Below are positions 12,866-24,000 of a stretch of DNA of 64,000 nt, one piece after another (within the stretch, counting starts at the first letter, position 1; each line of letters begins with the position of its first letter). The translations under genes and the position numbers were made by a program. The stretch lies in NCBI GenBank assembly GCA_000934665.2, contig JYFJ02000277.1:62001-126000 (forward strand), in the 5' to 3' direction. The DNA comes from Catajapyx aquilonaris (taxonomy: Eukaryota). A model generated the notes under the pieces. The model saw only the letters and a list, made by a program, of their open reading frames with translations. It was not told the DNA's origin and searched no databases.

Positions 12866-13591
12866 ATGGCCTCTGCGGTGAAGGTGGAACGGGAGAATTA
12901 CGAGAGTGCGAATAAGGACAAGGAACGGAACATGGACATCAAAATAGAAAAGAACTGGATATGCAGACAGATGTGATGCCAGAGCTACATGGTACCAGTC
13001 TTCAAGAACAGTGTAGCAGCAATGCGCAGTCATATCCAGTGAAATCAGATGACCCTTTAGGTTTAGGCCGAGATTCAAGCTCAACCAACTCGTTCGCATG
13101 CAGCGTGTGTCTTGAGAATTTTACCTCCCAGCAAGATAAGAACTGGCACATGGCTTCTCACGTGATATACAGTCAGTTTTCCATGCCGGTTCTGCAAAGA
13201 AGTGTCTAAGACAAAGAAAGAATGGGTGGACCACAAGAAGCAGCATCCAGTCAGGGTGGTAAATATGTGCCGCTATTGCAAGAAGACGTTTACCAGGAAG
13301 GACCATTTGGTTAAACATGAAGACGCTCACCAAGCCCACAATTATTATGTCCACCGGTGCGCGCACTGCCTTAAAAAGTGTCGGACCTCTTCCGAATTGT
13401 CACGCCATTTGCAGTGTCACGTAGGCGAGGATAATTCTTGTCCGATTTGTCACATGTCATTTGCAAGCGCTGAGTATTTGGAGAAGCACATGAAGCTTAG
13501 CCACTGGCGAGTACCGTTCACTTGCAAGGTTTGCCAGAAAGTGTTTTGCACTCCCAAGCAATTGAATCGCCATCCATGCACTAACATTTAG
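12866..13591 (+). pseudogene. C2H2 zinc-finger gene (about 6 fingers) interrupted by two frameshifts; pseudogene or sequencing error
   Basis: ATG at 12866 after acceptor TATAG. MASAVKVE...DIKIE(K) continues into ELDMQTD only if one A is added at 12948-12951. ..HVIYSQF continues into PCRFCKE only if one T is removed at 13177-13180. Fingers: CSVC, CRFC, CRYC, CAHC, CPIC, CKVC. Confidence 0.75.
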
Positions 13592-14513
13592 GAGGTAACG
13601 TAACTGATGAGTACGCCGTTAGCAGTTTGTAAGCAAAACATTCTCATTGCACACCGCTGCTTAGAAATTTTTAGGATTTAATTTTTGAGGCCTGTTGACA
13701 TAAGTGTCAATTTTGTCAGCACTTATGGTGTATGTACTGTATATATTTTTAGGTGGAAAATAGTATTTTAAAATACACAATATTGAGGAAAAGGATGAAA
13801 AAATTAAATTAAACATTACAAAAAGACTGCTGTCGTGTATTTCTCCTGTAGAACCATGACATTATTATTTTAATTTGGCCAGTGTATTGACAAATGTTAA
13901 ATTTTTTAATGTGTCAATTATTTATTTTATCATTCAACTGGAAAGTAGCACTGGCATCACATATTTGAAACAATGCAACTCGCCATTAACGTATATTGTG
14001 ACACCACAACTATTATCTGGTTATAATCAATAACTTTATGAAATATCATAATTTAGTCTACTGACTGTTCCTGAGCCCTGTATAAGCAGGCACCGGAACG
14101 TACCCAAACATGGCTCCCATTTTTGCTTCATGACATGTTCATGACCATGTTTTTCTTGGTCTTATTTTAATTTTTGCGCATTATCACCAATCACGAGATA
14201 TGGAAAAGGCGTCTGCTTGTAGAGAAGAAGAAGGTAATGGACAATCAGCCACTTCCATCTACAATAATTCTGTCGTTTCACCTTAACTACATAGCAATAT
14301 TGATCTGTTATTATTGATTGGTGACGTAGTAGTTGCATGTGGATCATATTTTGTAGCACAATCACTTCATGTTCTAACTTGAAAATGTAACGGTACGTCA
14401 CCACGAGAATAGGCCTAATGAGAGTATCGTTTATGGGATTGCAATTATTAGAGTAGTGCGTCCTGTACTCTTGGATACTCTTCATTAACACACCGCCACT
14501 TTCAGCTTCCGCC

Positions 14514-15083
14514 ATGAAAATTAATATGGCTGTAGGTGACGATGAAGGGCAGAGTGAGACGTGTTCGCTTGAAGGCAATGTGCGGATGGTGTGGACCAGA
14601 AGGGAAATCCTAGAGGACTTGAGAGAGGGTGAAATTATTTTGGACTCCTGCAGCCCTCTTAGGACAGTTGTGCAAGGGAGATGGGATGAACTGGGTCAGG
14701 AATCAGATGGGTGGAAAAGTTTTACGCTTCCCACTGGAAAAGCTAATTCAGATGAGTTGCCATTTAAAACGCAATGCAAAGGACATGGCGATAGCAAGAT
14801 AAATGCCTTGTATGTCTGTGATTATTGTGGAATGAAATTTACATTCGAACTGGATAAATTCATACATTTGAGTATTCATACGGCTGAGAAGTTATATGCC
14901 TGCGCAGGGTGCTCCAGAATATTTATTTCAAAAAGCAGCTTGTTAGTACATAGCCAGAAACACTTAGGCTACAAGAGATTTCCTTGCGGACATTGCTCCA
15001 AGTTGTTTGCTAATTTGGTGGCAAAAGAGGCACATGGAAGGGTTCATATCAGGCGAAAAAGCGTAAATGAAACATCTTCCTAA
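14514..15083 (+). CDS. Small C2H2 zinc-finger protein (3 fingers)
   Basis: Intact ORF after acceptor TTTCAG with GCCATG context. Fingers YVCDYC..HLSIH, YACAGC..HSQKH and FPCGHC..HGRVH, with a TAEKLY linker. Confidence 0.8.
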   Translation: MKINMAVGDDEGQSETCSLEGNVRMVWTRREILEDLREGEIILDSCSPLRTVVQGRWDELGQESDGWKSFTLPTGKANSDELPFKTQCKGHGDSKINALYVCDYCGMKFTFELDKFIHLSIHTAEKLYACAGCSRIFISKSSLLVHSQKHLGYKRFPCGHCSKLFANLVAKEAHGRVHIRRKSVNETSS

Positions 15084-15121
15084 TACGTGGTACCTTACTC
15101 AAATGTCCACAACTAGAGGTA

Positions 15122-16221
15122 CCGTCAAATGGGGTGACGTTGGCCGGCTGGGTGAACTTGGCCACAATTCCAAAAATGTCATTAATGAATATTTAAGGTA
15201 GCATGTGTCATAAAAACGAGGCCAGCGCCGACATAGGTGAGCAAGGAAATAATTATTTTTTTCATCAATTATTATTTAGCTTTACCCCATTGAGGGAACA
15301 ACCCCTTTTAGGGGAGTGGATTACCACCATTTTTCTTACGGAATTTTTTCGCATTCATTTTCTCTCCGGTGCAGGGGTCAGGATAGGGATTTGCGAGAGG
15401 GGGATATGGGTGCAAGTGCGATGTCTCAAATTGGGGGTCGTATGCAGTCCCCCAGGGGGCCAAGCTACAAGACAGCTCCCTAGGTGTGGGTCAGAAATCC
15501 CCCACCGACACCGCACCTCCTCATGGACGGGACAAGGATAGTAAAGAAAGGAATTGGCTGTGGCCTATTATTTATAGGAAGCAACCCTGTAATTCTCCTG
15601 GGTGGACCATGGGAAACCACAGAAAACCAAGGTTAGGATTGCCGGCCCCGGGACTCGAACCCAGGACCTCCTGATTAGCAGTCGGACACCTTATCCACTC
15701 CACCAAACTGCTTCGGTTGAGCAAGGAAATAAAATGGTAAAAGCCACCCCATGAAACCACCCAAATTTCATAGTGTGCAAACTTTATTTTGCAAATTAAG
15801 AAATTGCGAAGCAAGTGTCTTGTCCATTTTTAGGAGATGAAGGTGGACCTTTCCATTGGTGGTCGTATTTATTACAGCTTACGCATGCCGTTCCTTAAGA
15901 GGAGTGGCCAAGTTGTCCCATGTGGATGGCAATGGCCAGGTTCACCCATTCCAATATTTTCTGCCCCAGAGCAGTAGATTTGTAATTGGAAAATTAGATG
16001 GCCAAGCCCACCCCGACCATTGCAGTGGGGTAAACTTGGCCATATGACGGCATAATTTTTCATACATAATATTGTGCATGCAAAAAAAATAAATTCTACT
16101 TGCCCTATTGGCTAGCATTGTGCAACGCCTAATTAAAATATTGCACATTTGTGGGTTAATAACTTCATACTTATATCTTCGTAAAACTGAAATTTTGGAC
16201 CATGTTCACCCCGTATGACGG
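15122..16221. mobile_element. Non-autonomous Tc1/pogo-like DNA element (TA target sites) hosting a nested SINE
   Basis: TA|CCGTCAAATGGGGTGA at the left end and TCACCCCGTATGACGG|TA at the right end are imperfect inverted repeats. Confidence 0.7.
15253..15717 (-). mobile_element. tRNA-headed SINE with 15-bp TSD
   Basis: TSD TGAGCAAGGAAATAA at 15238-15252 and 15718-15732. Minus-strand head TGGTGGAGTGG..GGTTCGAGTCCC. Body GGTTTTCTGTGGTTTCCC..CCACAGCCAATTCC resembles conserved invertebrate SINE central domains. The 3' part is shared with the 3140-3477 element. Confidence 0.9.
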
Positions 16222-17461
16222 TAGTACTTGTGCACTTGCAAGACATTAAATCATTTTTGTCTCACCTGATATTACTCATTTCCAAAAAATGTGATATTAC
16301 AAGTTTTGCTGATTGGGATAGAAAAATATTGCCCGTCAGGTTACCACACCACTTAACAAAACACAGGTGAAATTTTACGTCTTTATTTATTGTGTCACTC
16401 TTGAGAATATGCCACCATCTACTAGTACAAAAGTTTATTATTGTTATGACTACTTGTAATACTTTTCAAACCTCTACAACATAGTGCAATTATGTCATAA
16501 AAATACATACAATTATTAATGTTATTGTTATCTCCTTCAATCAACCTCCACATCGTGACACATTGTATTTCAGTATTGGTTATTATTAGTCATGATGTTG
16601 ATGTTATTCTCCCAAGTATATCCCACGTTCTCTCCTGAACTTGCTCATTACGCCATGATAATAATTCGACTTACTCTCTGCTAATGAGGTCACATTATAA
16701 CTAGTCAAGCATTAATAATGCACTGCACTAGGTGACTTGCATGTGTCGCTATCCATTTTCTTAAAAACAGACTTCTGCCGTAACCTTCAAGTAGACAGCC
16801 TGTCCAAAGAGCCCATTAATTTCATGTCATATTCAAGGTGTCATATTTCTAAAGGAGTTGTTACATGTGAAAACTCGATTGTCATCCGTGAGTTGGACCA
16901 TAGTAAAAGAGGATTCCCAAGTTTACCAGACTTATCTACGTAATTTACTGAGGCACAGTGCCACAAATGCTGTAAAAACTGTCGTTAGTGGGAGACTAAA
17001 GGTGTGATAAATACTGGAATATTTGAATGAAAATCATCTGCCATGCTGCCAGCAATTGTGTTGATGTTTTCTTTCATTGAACCCTGTGTTATTAGTCAGC
17101 AATTAAGAATCCCCAAGCTAAGCCGGATGTGTGAAGAAGTTTGAACCAGAGATGTCATTAATGGAAGATGACACTTATTGGCAAGCCTTCCTGCCGAGAA
17201 ATGGAGAACAATGGGTGTGGGAGTTTGACCGCATTGTGTGAAGTTTGTTGACTAGTAGGAGACTAAACCAATAATGGAATTCCTCACGTAACATTGCACA
17301 GTGTTCTTTTGTGTGTCCTTTACATTGTTCAACTGGTTATAAGAATGTGTTATTATGTTATGGCCGTAAATAAAATTGGGCATTGAGAACTACTGGCCTT
17401 GGAGTGTTGGCCTCTTATTTGCCAAACCCACCCAGATCTTATTGCAAAACAATGTTATAAC

Positions 17462-17511
17462 ATCCGCAGTCGTACCGGTATCTTAGCTGAGATACCGGTA
17501 CAACTGCGGAT
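17462..17511. repeat. Short loop-less palindrome (25-bp arms, 2 mismatches)
   Basis: ATCCGCAGTCGTACCGGTATCTTAG|CTGAGATACCGGTACAACTGCGGAT. Confidence 0.9.
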
Positions 17512-17829
17512 ATGATGCGGATAGAATCAGGTATTACTTTTATTATAAATTAAGTAATCCCTGGGTACAGCAGGCTATTTACTAGGCTTCAATAATGTAA
17601 ATGTGATTTTCCAGTTGTTTTGCTTTTCATGAAGTTTTTGGAACACTTTTCTGCAAATGGCGACTCTTCAGGCATATCAGGTTAATTAAATGCAAGCCAT
17701 TGCACATAAAGATGGCATCAATGTGTGAATACTTATTTCGTAATTGAAATTGTTAAATATTTTAATTTTAATTTTCGGCGTGGTAATGACGCTCACTATC
17801 AGATGCCACTTGACACACTTGCAATCATT

Positions 17830-17900
17830 TCTGATTGGTGCATGAAAATCGAGAGCCAATCACAAGGCGACGTGTGGTGCTGGTAGCCAATCAGAGACGA
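17830..17900 (+). promoter_or_regulatory. Putative INTS1 proximal promoter with CCAAT boxes
   Basis: TGATTGG, AGCCAATCAC and AGCCAATCAG cluster 130-200 nt upstream of the inferred INTS1 ATG, in a CpG-richer patch. Confidence 0.4.
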
Positions 17901-18027
17901 GCGAGGTTGACACATCCGAACATGTAAAATAAAGTGTTCCATCGAACATCAGTCTGATCCTGACGGTTGGGGAGGACGCAGCTAGTGTGTGGCGGTCCGC
18001 TCCTGGAGGGGTAGGCAAAAAGGGGCT

Positions 18028-21000
18028 ATGTTCGGCGGCTCGTGGCGAGGAAGGGGCGGAGCAGCAGGAGGCAGCAGGGGAGGAAGAGGGAACGGGAAGA
18101 AGAAGAATGTTCCACCGGGTGACCTGATCGCCCTGGGTCAGAACGCATCGAGGCCTGCCCACGACGAGAGGGGGAATAAAGGAACGAGTGAGACTCATCG
18201 GCATGGGATAAGCCAGCAAGTCGAGAAGATGGATGAAGCAATGCAAGGCCAGCACAGCCAGAATGGTCAGTTTGATTTGGGGCATGATTTATGGAACACT
18301 CAGGCGATGCAGTCAATTTTGTTCGAATCGGTAGATGAGAGCAATATAGAACGCAACCGAGTATGCACCACACTTCGCGCAGCATTCACGGTTGGCATTA
18401 TCAATAAAAGCTGGTAAGCGCGATCTGTCCTGCACTGCACTTATTTCCAACGCTACGGTGACTTTTGCGATGTTGCCAAAGCTCTGGAACGAACCTCAGA
18501 CTACCAGTGTGAATTTGACCCCTGGGAAAGTAATTCTGGCAACGTTTTGTTGTCAGAATAATGGAGCTGGGTGAGTGTGGCTGCGCACTAGGTCGCGCTC
18601 GTAAACATCACCTCTCGAGAAATTTTGTCCATTTTTTTTCAAATGTAATTTTTAGGTAAATTCTGAACCTGTCCAGCATTTTCATGGCTGGTTTTAGTGT
18701 GATTTTTTTGGTCCTAAGCTGAATGTTACCTCGTCATTGCAGTGCGTAAGAGGGAGGTGGCATCGTCAAGTGGTTCCAGTGCTAATGTTCAACAGGAGCT
18801 AACGAAGAAGCTGAAGATGTCATCTGACACTTCAGAATCTGATACAAGCAGAGGGGAGGAGGAGTGGGAGTCAGTGGCCGTGAAGGTTTTGCCAAGGGAC
18901 TTCCTCCATGCGCTGAACCTCAGCAAGGACAGGAAATGCATTGAGGCCATGATATGCGGTGCCATCAAAAAATTGAAAGAACAGCCAGGGAAACCAGATA
19001 ATCCCTTATGTACGGCCTTGTCGTCAGCTGCCGAGACCAATCCGCACTACTTCCGCACTGACTTTGTCACGGCTGCCTTATGCAGCCTATTAGGCCAACT
19101 GCAAGTTAACAAAGACATCAAACTCAAGGCAAATGCTACTCTGGCTTCAATGACAGTCGGTGTTATTATGACAGCTTTTGCAATGCGAGAGAAATGGCCA
19201 CTGCAGTTTGTTGAAGAATATGCCAAAGATGCTGCTGGAGCCAGAAACTGGGTTGATCAAGAAGACTGCAAGCCCTTTGTAGACAACATCTGCACTTCTT
19301 TTAAGACCTTGCCATTAGCCAAAGAGTCTGGGTCACAGATGACAGCAGATGTTGACGTTATTGACCTCACTGTCAGTAGCAAGGATACTGAGAGGAGCCA
19401 GCAGGAAAAGATTTGCACCACAAAGATGAGGTTAGTAGTTTTACAACATGGCAACAGACATTGCAAGTTCTTGGCCTACGTGTATTCAAATCAATAATTG
19501 TCGGATGGATAAGAGAGGTTCTTTTCTTTCACTACTTCAGCCAAGAAAATACTAATTAAAGATACTAATGGAGCACTGATATTTGAAAACACTTGCTTAT
19601 GTAAGGGTTTGATGGTTGACATCCTGAATGTTAATGTTTAAGCATGAAACTGCGCTCTTGTGTAGTTGAATTTGTAGGGAGAGCTAGGTCAGAGGTATCG
19701 GTATTTACTCATCTAAGTGCAAATCCTCTTGACTCACAAAGTGTATTCTTACGTCATAAGCGCACTTATAGCATGTTTTGTGTATTGGGTGCATACCCAC
19801 AGTAACAATGACTCTTCACACCAATCTCAGTACATCCCATTGACCCATATCCTAAATGCCTCTTCTGTGTACTGTAGTGTTCTCAGACCTTATGCTGTAA
19901 CTATATATCTTGTTAAATACTTATTGCTCCTGTAAAACTATGGATAATTGTTGGTTTCAGGTATGCTGGTAGGCAGGAGGAGGTTCAGAAGATAGTGCTG
20001 GATATAGTCAAATCCAGGATGCCCACAAGACAACAATCCATCGAAGGCACAAGCAAGAATATATTGTGCTTACTCATATCTGCATGTGAACTTCCAGAGG
20101 TAGGGATGAATCATTACTGCCTGAGTGCAAGATTATAATTAATTTCTAGAAGTAGTAATTGCTCTGCATCCATTTTATAGTGACTTGTTTTTTTTAGCTG
20201 CTGTGTAATGGGTCTTAGATAATTTTATTTTTATCTGTGGAATTTATTATGCTGTTTGTTTCTGAAAGTAGTTCACATTGGTATCAGTGGAAATTTTGCA
20301 CTTGTGAACCCACTTTCACATTTAGCAAAGAAGCATACAGTAGTACCGTATACCATTAGTGTGCTCTGTAACGGAACTCACTGCCACTTAGGCAACATGA
20401 GTGCATTGAAATCAGCATCAGCAAGAATTTTACTAATATTAATGTCAACTCAATTCTGAAAGACTCATTACTTGTAAGGCACAATCCACACAAAGTAAGA
20501 TTGCTTACAGAGGCAACATCTCACTGACACGTCTATAATACGAAATTAGATAAGGAAAATCAATTTGTTATAGTAAAACAGGAAGCACAGTGGTATAGCA
20601 CTTTTGCAGTGAATGTGCCCACATTTCACACTTGTTCATATTTGTAAATTAATGGTAACTATGTCTTGTATTTTTAGGTTCGCTTGTTCAGTATGCAGAA
20701 TATGGAGGTGTGGCTGCAGACCCAAAGATTGGCCCATTCGGCTCGGGACCTCCTGAGGGCAATATGTGTGAATATTGACATCTCCCGATACAATCAGTCA
20801 GATGGAGAGGTCATTGGCCTTCTCTCCAAGATTAAGCTGATGAAGGCCAGGCCTCTATTTCAGTTTTATCTGGAATGTGTGAAGGAGGCAGTCAGCAAAA
20901 ATTTATCCAACAACATGGATGCTTTCATCAAGCACATCATCTGCAATGAGCTCTCTGATCCCAAAAATCCATGCAACATGACTATCCTTGGGGCCATCTT

Positions 21001-24000
21001 TAATAGCAGGCCTGATTTAGCTAGCTCAAGACTAGGGGATGTGTTTTTGGTAAGGACCAAATCTAAGAGTCATTAAAATCTAATGCATGCATGGCCAACC
21101 TGATGTTGCTCCGGCACTCAAAAGCAACAGTAGATTGAATTCAACTTTTCTTTATCTGTTATATTAATGCTCTGCAAGGTTAACTACAAAATAACCCTTC
21201 CTTTTTTGTGGTAGGAGTTCCTAATGCAAAAGGAAGACCAGGTGACTGCCCTTCGCATCCTCCTGCGAGCCATAGTTCGATCTTTGAAGTCTGCGATCAA
21301 CTTGTGTAATTTCTGTTCTAACCTGATGAGCACGGAAAAAACCACCAGTCCCCAGTTCCAGTCTTTTGAACAGAAGCAGAGGGTGTTCTTGGCCATTGGG
21401 AACCTCATTGTTTCAGCTCTCTTCCTCTTGGTTTCATCCAAAGTCAAGCAGGCTGCAACATTTGCTGTCAAAGGAGATGAGCAAGAGCTTGAAATTTTGC
21501 ATGTAAGTGCAACCCACCAGGTTGGTAGAATAGTGGCATTCTGTATGATGTAAGAACTGACGTGAGAATTGGATGATCAGTTCACCTGCCGGTTTCAGAA
21601 ACATCACCATACTTCAGCCTGTACCATTATTTTTTACAAATTAAAAAAGATGCATGTCTGGTTGTATAATTTTAATTATTAGAGAGACACCCACTTGCTG
21701 ATGATCTACTGACAGCAGCATATTCAGACCTTGCAATTTATTTATTTCCTTTTTCTGGTTGGAATATGCCAACAAATTGATGTGATTGGTCTTTACTTGC
21801 AAGAGTCATTACATTCTCATATTGATATATTACGTTAAGTGGCTAGTCATTGTGTGGGTGTATGAATGCAAATTGTACACCTGGAAAATAGAATCTTTCA
21901 AAAGGAAAGATTATTTTATGACAATATATTCTGTTATAGTCTGATGTTATGTCATATGAGTGCTTCACACATGAAAATGACATCAATGTTCATTTAAATA
22001 AAGTATTGGGAGGCAAAATATCCAGGTGCCTTCTTCTCTGGATATGGGTGGACATCAGGGCATTTGCATTCAGGAGAGATATCACCGCAGATTTGACAAA
22101 ATGACAAGACAACCTCTAATCACATTATAATACTGCTTCTGTCAGTCTTTCCAGATGCAGGTTTCTAATATTCAGCTTGAAGCAGTGACCTGGTTGCATC
22201 AGAATGCCCTTGCTTACCACCCTGACGTGCAGGAATTCAACCATAACCTCAGCAAGGTAAATGTGGTACTAACTATGCTTGATTAGGAATGGAATGTGGC
22301 TTTTATAGTGAGGCTAGTTTTCCATGACAATTTTATGTGTTATATTGTTTTATGCTAATATGGATCGTGGAATATTAGGTAGAGCATTTCTCTCTCCTTT
22401 TTTGCAAACTGACCTCGACTGAAGAAGTGACAGTTAGCGTGTTAAATCCTGTGGAATAGTACCTGTACTGTACAAATTGTTTGGGATTAAAACTGTTTCA
22501 AACTGCTTCAAGACTACATGGCAACAGGATGACACACCTGCTATTGCACACAAACACCAGGCCAATTGAAATATTATTTATACTGTTGTACCAGATTTTG
22601 TAAGCATATGAGAGCAATGCCAAATGTATTCCTTCATCTCTTGATCACACCTAGGTCATTTGGTGATTAGTCTAACTCTAGATCACAATCTGAAATGATG
22701 CTGTTCAAATATGCCCCACTTGCATTGACATCAATTATTGATGAATGACAAGAAATCTTTACACTGTCATTACGAAAAATCCTGAGTTCTAGAGGGGCAT
22801 TTTTGAGCATTTAGAGTTCTAGACTGATCCAGACATTGGACTGAATTATCTGCTCAAGTTTTGCTATTTAAAAATGCTTTGGCAGGCAAGGACGCAGGGA
22901 ATGCCCAAAACATGAAAGAATATGCTTATCAGTAAGAGTGTTTGATATAGGCTCATGAAATCTTGTACTAAAGGGATGTGATTTGTCCTTTATGAAAATG
23001 AGAGTTTCACTGGGTGGGCATTTGCCATTACTTACAGTGCTACAGAATGCATGCATGTTAACAACAGCCAAATACCCATTGGGCAGCTATCCAAATGGTA
23101 TATTTAAATCCCTTTGGCAAACTGCTAAAGTGAATATTAATCAAATTATTACATCTGTAATAGTAATAAAGAGTCCTCCAATGTTCTCGTTATACAGCTG
23201 CTGCTTTTGGAACCACCAGAAATGTATGGGAGTAAGAAGGATCCATGGCCATCTGAGAGTGAGAAGTTGTTCTTATTGAAACTCATCTCAGAGGCACCAG
23301 TGCTGCAGGACACGCTTGTAGCGCTATTCAAGATGGGCCTCTCCAAGGCATGTTGGGATGACAGTGGAAATTACTTTTTACATTATGAACATATTTTGTT
23401 TCCACATTTAGGATCACCTGTTGACTGCTGGACAAGCAATGGAATTTGGCTTCCAGCTTGTCATAAGAGCTGCTGCAATAAACCGTGAGGGTTTGGAAGT
23501 CCTTCCTGTCAAAGACACTGAGATCATTGATATGATTTTTAATTTGTCTTGCTATCACCATCCAGAGACAGTGGATCTTCCTGAAGAGTAAGTTATTTAT
23601 TGCTTTATTATCTACTAGCTGTGGCATCCACTCTGTACAGGAATTTACTAAGTAGATATTTTTTCCTAGGACATGCATTTTTTAGAGTCTATCTTATTAT
23701 ATGTTACATTATACCCTCGAGGCGATTTAAACTATTTTGCTGCACTCATAAATGATTGATGGTTTACCCTGTGAGGTGCAGGCAACCATCAGAAACCACA
23801 CACATTACTTAATTGTGACCTACTCTGAATTTGATTGGACTGGGCTGATGTACGAGGACATGCTGATAATTTTTGCCTCCATGTATGCAAAATGTGTAAT
23901 ACACATCACAGTATGATGCAGGTAACATTAAATTGAAAGCCTGGAATGTCTTCGATTCAAAACCATATCTTTCCTTTTTCACATAATCACCGCCGACAGC

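Noticed and set aside
18557..18570. 14-nt micro-exon in INTS1 intron 1
   Set aside because: Joining it to the 18414 donor creates TGA. The donor at 18266 explains the frame without it, and there is no transcript evidence.
22020..22820. Faint Tc1-like fragments, also near 7300-7335
   Set aside because: The resemblance to WIGR/SPDL and GGHFE motifs is too degraded to support by eye.
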